64,000 nucleotides of DNA from Bdellovibrionales bacterium (lineage in GTDB: Bacteria; Bdellovibrionota; Bdellovibrionia; Bdellovibrionales; UBA1609), in the NCBI GenBank assembly GCA_965203095.1, contig OZ241877.1, positions 1,216,001 to 1,280,000 on the forward strand, read 5' to 3'. The translations under genes were made by a program, and so were the position numbers. Under the pieces are notes generated by a model. The model was not told the origin of the DNA and did not search any database. It worked only from the letters and a program-made list of their open reading frames with translations. Shown piece after piece: positions 41,883-50,897 of this stretch (its first letter is position 1; the number at the start of each line of letters is the position of its first letter).

Positions 41883-41909
41883 TTATCGGCTGAATGGACC
41901 AAAACTTTA
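41883..41909 (-). promoter_or_regulatory. Sigma28 promoter of the 41751 gene
   Basis: Minus strand TAAAGTTTTGGTCCATTCAGCCGATAA is an exact TAAA-N15-GCCGATAA. Confidence 0.7.
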
Positions 41910-42157
41910 ATCTTTTTTTCAAATTTTATGGAAAAAATGACTAAAATGACCCTTTTTTTTGGACAAAAGTGTTCATTTTTTGGTCTATCGGATCAGAATT
42001 TTTTTCAAAAAGCCTCAATTTCTCATTAAAAACTGGCATTTTTTGAGTTTTTTTGTTATATATTCTATAAAAGGTTCTATGGGCTTTTAGATATTTCATC
42101 CATCAAAAAACCAAAAGTCATATCTATTCTTTTAATAGAGATGAGAAAGGATAAAAA

Positions 42158-43510
42158 ATGTATTTAAAAAAACTTTTATTTATTTTCTCTTTTATTATTT
42201 GCTTCCCTCCTGTGGCTCAAGCTTACCCCTGGATGTTTTTTCGGGAAGGAAAACCACTGGAAATATTGGAGTTAGACACTCATCTTTCCTATTTTGCAAA
42301 AAATAAGGCCACAGTTTTTTCCAGTGCTAAAGCCAACTACCACCGGCCGGAATTGGATATCAATGTAGGTTGGACTTACTCTTTTTTAGAAAAAATCCAT
42401 TACTTCCGCCTGAGCGAGTTGGCTGTGGTCTTCCCTCTCATTTCTAAAAAATGGACTTTTAGCCTGGGCTTTAAAGATGTTTTATGGAGCACAGCAGACA
42501 GGTATTGGAACTATGGTTTATGGCAACCTCGCTATCTACTGGACGCTTTTCGCCCTGTTCAGATGGGTTTACCGGGGCTCCATATAAATTATAAGGGAGA
42601 CACTTCTGTTTCGCTTTTGCTCTCTTATTTTTATCTGCCAGACATTATTATTTACCCTCAACTGAAAGATAAAAAAATCAGTTCTAAAAATCCTTTTTTT
42701 GTCGGTTCTTTCGGGAAATTTGAATGGGATATTAATGAAAAAGATCTCTTCCGGTTAACAAAATTTTTTGAGCCTGTAGCGGCTTTTCAAATCAAACACT
42801 CCATAAAAAAATCTCATGTGGCCTTTTCTTATGCCTATAAGCCTGTCAATCAATTAAACTATTCCATTTTAATGCAAGGGACTAACTTGTCTGACAGCTC
42901 CGATCAACTCACCGTTAAGGATTTTAATTACTCTGTCCTGTCTCATCATCTCACTGGTTTAGAGGGGGAAATAGCTTTAGCTGAAAATCTATCCGTATTT
43001 GCCAGTTTGTTTTATGAAAAGCCACAAAACCAGCCTACTCCAGGGGATTGGGTTAGTGATGAGTTTGAATCTCATACCACGCTTTCCCTCATAGCTTATT
43101 TTCAAGAGAATTGGGGAGAGGATCTAAAAACCTTATTCACATTAGGCTGGACAAAGACGATTGAAAATCGATCTCAAAAAGCCAAAAGCAATATATGGAC
43201 AGAGGATGTGGAGAGGCTTTTTGGCAGAAGTTTTAATTGGAAGGAGGCCATCAGTGGGTCTGTAGAATATCAAAACAAAAACTGGCTGGAAGGTTTTTTA
43301 ATGAGATTTCGTGCCAACTACGCTTTGGATAATGGCTTTTATGCCTTAGCTTGGGAAAATTATTTTTATTTGACCAAACATATTAGGATGTATTTATCAG
43401 GCGATGGGATTTTTCGCTCTTCTAAAGAAAAGTCTCCTGTTGGATCTTCTTCTATTGAGGATTATAAAGGTTTGTCTCGTTTGCTTGTAGGAGCACAATA
43501 TGTTTTTTAA
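42158..43510 (+). CDS. Putative outer-membrane beta-barrel A
   Basis: Signal peptide; WS.AD.YW..GLW.P motif shared with 45857; ends GAQYVF. Confidence 0.75.
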   Translation: MYLKKLLFIFSFIICFPPVAQAYPWMFFREGKPLEILELDTHLSYFAKNKATVFSSAKANYHRPELDINVGWTYSFLEKIHYFRLSELAVVFPLISKKWTFSLGFKDVLWSTADRYWNYGLWQPRYLLDAFRPVQMGLPGLHINYKGDTSVSLLLSYFYLPDIIIYPQLKDKKISSKNPFFVGSFGKFEWDINEKDLFRLTKFFEPVAAFQIKHSIKKSHVAFSYAYKPVNQLNYSILMQGTNLSDSSDQLTVKDFNYSVLSHHLTGLEGEIALAENLSVFASLFYEKPQNQPTPGDWVSDEFESHTTLSLIAYFQENWGEDLKTLFTLGWTKTIENRSQKAKSNIWTEDVERLFGRSFNWKEAISGSVEYQNKNWLEGFLMRFRANYALDNGFYALAWENYFYLTKHIRMYLSGDGIFRSSKEKSPVGSSSIEDYKGLSRLLVGAQYVF

Positions 43511-45848
43511 AAAACTTCTTCCCTCTTTTTTTATTTTTTGCCTCCCTTTGGCTTCTTATTCTTCTACGGTGACTTTTTTTTCAGACGCCACTTGCCAGGA
43601 AGTGTCTCATAAAAGAGCTAAAAGCGATTCTGACTTTTTCGGGCAATTCACCTGTGCTAAAGATATAAAAAATTATTACCCCGCTTTAATGAAGGGCCAG
43701 TTAGATTGGCCTCAACAAAAAAGATTTTTCCGTTGTTTGCATGACGGTTTGGAGCTGATTGTTGAAAAACATATTTTTATCCATGACTCTCATCGTGATT
43801 ATTTTACAAAAAACGAAATTTTTAAAATGTTCCATTGGTATTTTAAATATGATTGCTCGCAGTCTGGCCGTATAACTGATCAGTTATTTGCCATAAAAAA
43901 ACTTCTTATTGGAGGTTCAATAGATAGATTAAAAGATAAGGAGCTGGCCGATCTTTACAAGCTGATGTATGACTATCGAGACATATACTATATCTTGCAT
44001 AGGGAAATTCCCATTTTTAAAAAAGCTCTTACAGGAGAAATAGGGAGCCTCACTATGGAGGAAACCGATCTGGCTATGGAACAGTTAAGGAAAGCTTTTA
44101 TCCTTTTAGAACGAGCTTATCTTCGTGAAAAGATTGTTTATTCTGTAGAAGATTTAAATAAATACGATCAGTATTTACAGCAATCAGGTATGATAGGGCG
44201 AAAGGAGGCACAAAGTGTCCGGCCGGCAGGTGTGCTTTTAAAAAATTTATTTGAGGGGTTATTATTTCCTGAAAAAGCTATTTATGGGGACAGCTGGCCT
44301 GTGGCTATTCGCTCTTTTTATGAAGTCTTCCGTTTGCTTTTCCATTATAAAACTCATTTCTCTGATGATATGGAATCAGTTGTTTGGACTTACAGAGTTC
44401 TTGAAGGTGCTGTTTTTTTTCTATCTGCCTTAGGGCTTGAGGGAACTCAATTTTTAGGCGACAGGAGAGGTTTCCCTTTAAGAAATTTAGACAAAATGCT
44501 TTCGGTTTTATTTTCTTTTTTTGATTCCAGTAGAAAAGGAATTGGGCAAAATAGTTTTTGGACAAAAAATCTTCAAAGTTCAGCTTTACCCTTACTTACA
44601 AGAACTTTAACTTGCTTTTCCCTATCTTTCCATAGTGAAAAAAATTGTGACAGTCACTGGGGGGAGGGGCCATCAGATCCTGTTATCACCCTGACTTTTC
44701 CTGATATGTTTTTTAAGATTTTTCCCAATCGAGTCAAAACTCAAAGAATTTCCGGGGCCACAACATTCATTAACCAAAGAAAACTTAATTTTTTAAAAAA
44801 TTGGCTTGTGGATTATAAAGATAGCCTTTGGCGGATTCATTATGGAGAGGGGTATGAGCTGGCTACTGAAAGAGGCTTTGCTCATTGGTTAAACTCTTTT
44901 TTTGGATGGGAGCCAAAAAGTGAAAGAATAGTGTTTGGCTCTTTTCATCGCCCAAAAACTCTTGACAAAATTTATCAATTATTTGGCTATCAAACTCTTT
45001 TGCCTCTTTTATTTTCCTCTTACTTGCCAAACAAATTTTTCTCACCTAATTCCAATGGAAAATTAGATTCCATTTCGTTAAAAACATGGCGAAAGATAGT
45101 TAAAGAGGTTATGCCTGCTTTGCTGATTTTTAGTGGAGGCAAAGGCTGGAAGTATTCTTTAGAGAAATCCTTTATCGATATGTTCCATTTCGCAGATTCT
45201 TTTTTGATCTCCTCTAACAGAGATGAAGAGCTGAACTCTCGTGAACTTATGGATCTCACAACATATCTTTTAGAAAGCATAAAAACTGTTCGGCTGGCGG
45301 AAAGTAAGATGCCGAACTGCCTGAGCACAAAGGGTTTAGCAATTCACTGTGTTGTTAAAAAAGTTTTAAATGATCCAGATGTGCTGTCTGTTTATCCTCG
45401 ATTTCAAAAATATCTTTTTCCCTCTCAAATAAACTCTTATAGGGAAAAGATGACAGCTGTTCTCGGAGGAGATAAAAAAGACTGGACAGAGGTTTTTAGC
45501 CTTTTGCCATTGTTTATTTTGATACAAACAATGGAGACAAATTACAATCAGATAGATACCAACCAGTCTTTTAACTTGGAGTCGCATGAACTGGCTCAAT
45601 TTGCAAAAAAATTTGAAGAGCAATTAGCTCATCAAATTCCATTTATCTTTAATAAAGAGCAAGCTCGCTCCTATTTAATGTATAGCTTTAAAACAGGAGA
45701 TATGCCATTCTTTACAGGAGACAGATGGACTCCTCTTGATTTTTCTCATTGGCATTTGAATCCAAAAAATCAAAAAGATTTTTTTATCACAGCTAATAAT
45801 TTTCATTTCCTTATCTTTGATTTTTATCAACTCTATCAAAATCTCTAA
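43500..45848 (+). CDS. Large exported helical protein with EF-hand-like loops
   Basis: Signal peptide; SSNRDEELNSRE and DTNQSFNLESHE. Confidence 0.7.
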   Translation: MFFKKLLPSFFIFCLPLASYSSTVTFFSDATCQEVSHKRAKSDSDFFGQFTCAKDIKNYYPALMKGQLDWPQQKRFFRCLHDGLELIVEKHIFIHDSHRDYFTKNEIFKMFHWYFKYDCSQSGRITDQLFAIKKLLIGGSIDRLKDKELADLYKLMYDYRDIYYILHREIPIFKKALTGEIGSLTMEETDLAMEQLRKAFILLERAYLREKIVYSVEDLNKYDQYLQQSGMIGRKEAQSVRPAGVLLKNLFEGLLFPEKAIYGDSWPVAIRSFYEVFRLLFHYKTHFSDDMESVVWTYRVLEGAVFFLSALGLEGTQFLGDRRGFPLRNLDKMLSVLFSFFDSSRKGIGQNSFWTKNLQSSALPLLTRTLTCFSLSFHSEKNCDSHWGEGPSDPVITLTFPDMFFKIFPNRVKTQRISGATTFINQRKLNFLKNWLVDYKDSLWRIHYGEGYELATERGFAHWLNSFFGWEPKSERIVFGSFHRPKTLDKIYQLFGYQTLLPLLFSSYLPNKFFSPNSNGKLDSISLKTWRKIVKEVMPALLIFSGGKGWKYSLEKSFIDMFHFADSFLISSNRDEELNSRELMDLTTYLLESIKTVRLAESKMPNCLSTKGLAIHCVVKKVLNDPDVLSVYPRFQKYLFPSQINSYREKMTAVLGGDKKDWTEVFSLLPLFILIQTMETNYNQIDTNQSFNLESHELAQFAKKFEEQLAHQIPFIFNKEQARSYLMYSFKTGDMPFFTGDRWTPLDFSHWHLNPKNQKDFFITANNFHFLIFDFYQLYQNL

Positions 45849-45856
45849 GGTTTTTT

Positions 45857-47245
45857 ATGAACAGGAAATTTATTTTCTTGCTTTTTTTAGCACTGTTTTA
45901 CCCAAAACTTTCTTTAACCAGCTCATTAGATATGGAATGGCAACATTTTATATCCCCCCCTGGCTTAAAAAACCAGTTAAAAGATTATGCTTTTTTAAAA
46001 TGGAATCAAAAAAATAATTGGCAAGCAAAACCTTTTCGCTTTAATTCGCATATTCAGGCTGAATATGCTTTAGATCGAAGTCGAATCTTTTATTTTAATG
46101 TTTCTGAATTGTATTTTGCTTATAAATATAAGATGAAAAAGCCTCTTTATTTTATCAATTCCATTGAACTGAATGTAGGGCGAAAAATCAAAATATGGAG
46201 TTTAGCTGATGAATATTGGGATTTGGGTTTATGGAATCCTTTAAACCGATGGAATCCTCTTCACCCTCAAACTGATGGGTTGGTGGGTTCTTTATTAACA
46301 TTAAAATCTCACCAGTGGTCTGTTGATTTTTTTCTGGGTGCTTTGCACTTGTCCGCTCAAGAAGCACAACTTGTTGAGGAAAATGGCGAACTCTATTCTC
46401 GGTCGCGATGGTTTTCCCCTTTGCCTAATCAAATAGACACATTAAATGTAGATATTAATTATTTTATCCGCACCCCTTTTGTTTTTGATGTTTTATTTCA
46501 ACAAAGTTATTTGTTAAGTTTTAAAACTTGGTCATCCACACCGGAGACTTATTATTGGATGAAATGGGCTTTAGCAGATAAGCCAGTCAACCATTCCTTC
46601 ACTGTGCTAAATGAAACTAACCTTTTAAGACTGGAGCAAAATGGGGATTCTTTAGGAAGTGTCAATCAAAAAATCACTACTCTTCCTGTTCGTCAGAGAA
46701 TTTTATCAGCAGAATGGGGTTTGGATTACAATAACTTTTCTGCTGTTTTTACTTTGGAAAATACTAAAATGAGAGAAGTAGAGATTAGCCCAAAAGGTTG
46801 GAGTTTTTTTAACCGTCGAGAAAATTTCACTTACTTTTCCTCTTTATTAAAATATAATTTTCGGCCTAAGAGTTTTATTCAAGTGGCCTACATTCAATCA
46901 TGGTTTAAAAATTATAACATTCAATCTAATAACGAGATAGGTAAAAAAACACCATCCATTTTACAGAGATATAAAGTTTTAAGAGGCATAGGTGTTGATT
47001 GGCAAACTGAGTTTTTATCCTCTAAGGGCCTAAAACGAGTTTTCACTTTAAACTACCGATATCATTTTTTAAATGAAGGGGCTTGGCTTTTTCTTCAGGC
47101 ATTGTATTATATTACCCCACAAATTTACAGCTCTGTGGGTGTAGATATTTTAGGTGGTAAAACAGGGGAATCTCAAAAGAATTTTCTCTTGAGTAAATAT
47201 CGGCACAATGATTTTTTTTCGTGGAGGTGGGGTTATGAATTTTAA
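45857..47245 (+). CDS. Putative outer-membrane beta-barrel B (paralogue of 42158)
   Basis: SEL..WSLADEYWDLGLWNP, KPVN; ends WGYEF. Confidence 0.75.
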   Translation: MNRKFIFLLFLALFYPKLSLTSSLDMEWQHFISPPGLKNQLKDYAFLKWNQKNNWQAKPFRFNSHIQAEYALDRSRIFYFNVSELYFAYKYKMKKPLYFINSIELNVGRKIKIWSLADEYWDLGLWNPLNRWNPLHPQTDGLVGSLLTLKSHQWSVDFFLGALHLSAQEAQLVEENGELYSRSRWFSPLPNQIDTLNVDINYFIRTPFVFDVLFQQSYLLSFKTWSSTPETYYWMKWALADKPVNHSFTVLNETNLLRLEQNGDSLGSVNQKITTLPVRQRILSAEWGLDYNNFSAVFTLENTKMREVEISPKGWSFFNRRENFTYFSSLLKYNFRPKSFIQVAYIQSWFKNYNIQSNNEIGKKTPSILQRYKVLRGIGVDWQTEFLSSKGLKRVFTLNYRYHFLNEGAWLFLQALYYITPQIYSSVGVDILGGKTGESQKNFLLSKYRHNDFFSWRWGYEF

Positions 47246-48515
47246 ATCTATATTCTTTTTTCCTCTTGTCATACTCTTACTCCCTCATTGTGGATTAAAA
47301 GTGGGGGAACCGGCCCCTTCTATTTTTAAATACAAACTGCCCCCCAGTGCGGGCTATTGTAAAGAAGTCAATTATAAATCCCTATTTGGTTCTTATTTTT
47401 TGGCAGAACAGGTGGAGGGTTCTCGCGATAGATCTCAAAACAACAAATTGGATAAAGCTTTAGAATGCCTTATTGCTAAAGTCCAGATGGCTGTGGATAC
47501 GATTGATCATGAGTATTTGGAAAAATCGGAATTGATCCATATTTTAAATCAAGATTTTATCAAAACAAAAGAGATAACACCTATTATAGATCATATTCTG
47601 AAACCGGATCGTTTCAACCATTACATTTTAATTAAAGACGCTGTGGCAGATCTCATTGAGGAAAATCCTGATAGCCCTTTTGTTCGTGGTGAAAACATGT
47701 GCCAAAAAAGAACTGTGGGAAAAGTAATTATTTCAAAACAAGAGGCATTGGCTTTTATGGATTTTTTAAAAAGATTGTCAGACTTCCTTTTAATAGTTGA
47801 TCGTAGTGCTTATGAAATTTTTGATCAATTTTTCAAAAACAAAAAAGCCAGCCCTACCTTGTTATCAAAAGAAAACTTAGGAGAATCTCATTATTTTAAC
47901 AATCATTTTATTCCTTTTTTATCTGAGTATTTTCATGATGATTTTCCGGAATATAGCCAATTTTTATCCAAAAATTTTCTTATGGAAAACTGGAAGGCGA
48001 AATCAAAAGCAAAATATAGCCCTTTTAGCCGGGTGGGACATATAAGAAAACATATCAAAACAAAAAAAATGGAGGAAGTGGGACAGCCCTTAGCGAATAT
48101 GGCCAAACTCCCTTTTTCATCCTCTGATGTTTTAACAGCTCAAAATATTAAATACATAGTGCTCAATATTTATATAATGAAAACATTTTTTTCTCTTTAT
48201 GATGTGAATAAAGATTCTGTTTTAAGCCCAGAGGAGATAAAGCCTTTGTCCTGCCTTATGACTTTTTTGCTATCTGTTTTTATATCTCCTGAGGCACAAA
48301 GTGAGTGGGGCTGGATTCAAGATCTGTATGCTCCGGAAAGCATTGTCAATTATGCATTGAAACGGCAAACACTGCCATCAGATATATCGGGATATATTGA
48401 TTATGGATTTTATTTTATTTTTTCTGACAAAGAATTAGAAGATTTATCTTATATGGATGTTTCACGCTTGATTTCTGTTCTGTTTCTGACTCTTTTTAAT
48501 GAGATAAAACTTTAG
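47235..48515 (+). CDS. Putative lipoprotein with EF-hand loop
   Basis: MNFKS..LLLPHC lipobox-like; DVNKDSVLSPEE. Confidence 0.7.
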   Translation: MNFKSIFFFPLVILLLPHCGLKVGEPAPSIFKYKLPPSAGYCKEVNYKSLFGSYFLAEQVEGSRDRSQNNKLDKALECLIAKVQMAVDTIDHEYLEKSELIHILNQDFIKTKEITPIIDHILKPDRFNHYILIKDAVADLIEENPDSPFVRGENMCQKRTVGKVIISKQEALAFMDFLKRLSDFLLIVDRSAYEIFDQFFKNKKASPTLLSKENLGESHYFNNHFIPFLSEYFHDDFPEYSQFLSKNFLMENWKAKSKAKYSPFSRVGHIRKHIKTKKMEEVGQPLANMAKLPFSSSDVLTAQNIKYIVLNIYIMKTFFSLYDVNKDSVLSPEEIKPLSCLMTFLLSVFISPEAQSEWGWIQDLYAPESIVNYALKRQTLPSDISGYIDYGFYFIFSDKELEDLSYMDVSRLISVLFLTLFNEIKL

Positions 48516-49762
48516 GTTCATGGGTATTAAAATGGCCTTTTTTACGGAGGATTAAAAATAAAGGATAGCTTTCATGCCTGTTTTTTCTTTTCTTTTTTTT
48601 GCCTCTTTCGCCTTTCCTGAAGAGGCAAGAATCCCTAAAGCCTCTTTAAGTAAATCAAACCTTCAAGTGATAGGGCAAACTCAAAAAACTCTTAGCCAGT
48701 CATTCCCGCGAAAGCGAGAATCCATTCCCATTTTATTTTTCCAAAGCCAAAAAAAAAGAGAAAAAAAGCTTTATGCTCAGGCACAAAACCCCTCTGGCAG
48801 TTCACCTTTTTTTGAAAAAAGACTTCAGCACAGGAGACAAGGGCCAGAAAACCCTCCCTCTCCCCCCTGCCATATCAACAAAAAATGTTTGAACCAGCTA
48901 CACAACAAGCTCTTAAACAAGAAGGATGAAGATAGCATACATTTTAACTGCCAATGGGCTTATAAGAACAATCACCTTTGTTGTAAAAACCCTACGGACT
49001 GTTTCCTCTCTTATGCTACAGATGAGATTAAAGAGGAGTTAGATGATAAGCTCAAGACTCTTGTTGTATCTCAAGCTTGCTCTCAGGAGGGGATTTCTTC
49101 TTTAAACTCTTTTTTGTCTGACTTTCAGGGGGATTTTTGTGAAAAGGGAGTTCGGCATTGTAAAGAGTTTTGTGAGCATACGCTTAGGGATTTTCAGCAA
49201 AGTTTTAGGGCTTGTTTTTCCATAAAAAAATCTGTTTCTATAGATGAGGCATTGAGGAGAGCCAGGCAAGATCCCTTATGTCACAGGGAAATGAGCAAAA
49301 TATCTCAAATTTATAAAGAATTGAGTTTTGATTCTTTGAGTGGTTTTTATAAAAATTTGAAATGGGAGTCTTTGTTGAGTTTTCGTGAGGCTCTTTCTTT
49401 TGAGGATTTTGTGGATTGTGAGCGGGTGAGGGAGGGGAAGGGGGATGGGAGTTTTAAAAGCTCAGCTTTTTCTATGTGTCAGATGGCCAGCGCTATAAAA
49501 TCAGGTGCGGATGTTCTTGCAGGTTCTAAGGCAAATAATCCAGAGGAGGAAAACACAGAGGAAAACTTAAATAACGAGGGATCAAAGAGTTCTGCGGGAG
49601 GAGGTTTTGTGGGCGAAGGTTATCAGCCCTCTGTTTCAAATTTTCCTCTAAACCCCTCTTTTCCTGATGAAGGAAAAGGCTTGCTGGAAGAGGACAAAAA
49701 GGATTTGAGCAAAAGAGAGCTTTCTTCCATAAAGACTCCTTCACTAAAAGAACCTTTACTTA

Positions 49763-50897
49763 TACTGGTTTGATTTAAAAAATCAAGTTTTTTTGATAAA
49801 GGTTTAGTTTTTGGCATTATGAGTTTTCCAAATCTTTTGGATGTTCTATAATATGTTTCTATGAACTCATTTTTAACTGGCAAGCAAAAAGCAGAGCTTT
49901 TAACTTTTCTTCGTTTGGAAAGGAATCGTAGGCGAGCGGATCGTATCCGGGTTATTTTGTTGCTGGATAGTGGAGAGTCTGTCACCGATATTGCGAGATT
50001 TTTATTTTTTGATGAAGGAACTATCAGAAACTGCAAAAGGCGTTATGAAGAAGGAGGTTTGTCGAGGTTGGTTTATGACGATCATAGAGGTCGCATGTCG
50101 TATTTATCTGAGGAACAACGGAAGAAACTGGTTTTGGAGTTGGAGTCAAAGGTATATCCCACAACAAAGGCAGTTGTTTTATATGTTCAAAAGACATTTG
50201 GGGTTGTTTATACTGTGAATGGAATGACGGCTTTACTTCACAAGTTAGATTTTTCATATAAGAAGCCAAAGGGTGTGCCTGGGAAGGCTGATATTGAGAA
50301 GCAGAAGGTGTTTATTCAAAGATATCGCAGGATAAAAAAGAGAGGTGATTTAGTGTATTTTGCGGATTCAACTCATCCTATGCTCAATCCTGTAATATCA
50401 TCGGGTTGGATTAAGAAGGGGGTGGAGTTTAAGGTTAAAACTAATTCAGGTCGTGAGCGGGTGAATATAAATGGTGCGATAGAGATAAATAGTTTAGATT
50501 TTGTCAGTAGAAGCTGTGAGAGGGTTAATAAAAATTCAATGCAGGAGTTATTGCGAGCTGTGAGGGCGAGACAGCCTATGAGGGATAAAAGGTTGTATTT
50601 GGTTTTAGACAATGCACCATATAACAGGGCCTTTCAGGTGAGGGATTTAGCGAAAAGTTTGGATATTACTTTGCTGTATTTGCCTCCATTTTCTCCTAAT
50701 TTGAATCCTATTGAGAGGTTTTGGAAATTTGTAAAGAAGAAGACAATGGCTAATGTGTATTTTTCAGATCTTAAAACTTTTCGTAAAGAGTTGATGCTGT
50801 TTTTAAGAGGTGTTAGAAAATACAGGGCTGAATTGTCCATGCTTATTACTGATAATTTTCATGTCATCGAAACCTGAAAATTCAAACAAGACCAGTA
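49763..50897 (+). mobile_element. IS630-family insertion sequence
   Basis: TA|TACTGGT..ACCAGTA|TA ends with TA duplication (49761-2, 50898-9). Confidence 0.92.
49861..50877 (+). CDS. IS630-family transposase
   Basis: N-terminal HTH; YFAD, VLDNAPYN, LPPFSPNLNPIERFW. Confidence 0.95.
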   Translation: MNSFLTGKQKAELLTFLRLERNRRRADRIRVILLLDSGESVTDIARFLFFDEGTIRNCKRRYEEGGLSRLVYDDHRGRMSYLSEEQRKKLVLELESKVYPTTKAVVLYVQKTFGVVYTVNGMTALLHKLDFSYKKPKGVPGKADIEKQKVFIQRYRRIKKRGDLVYFADSTHPMLNPVISSGWIKKGVEFKVKTNSGRERVNINGAIEINSLDFVSRSCERVNKNSMQELLRAVRARQPMRDKRLYLVLDNAPYNRAFQVRDLAKSLDITLLYLPPFSPNLNPIERFWKFVKKKTMANVYFSDLKTFRKELMLFLRGVRKYRAELSMLITDNFHVIET

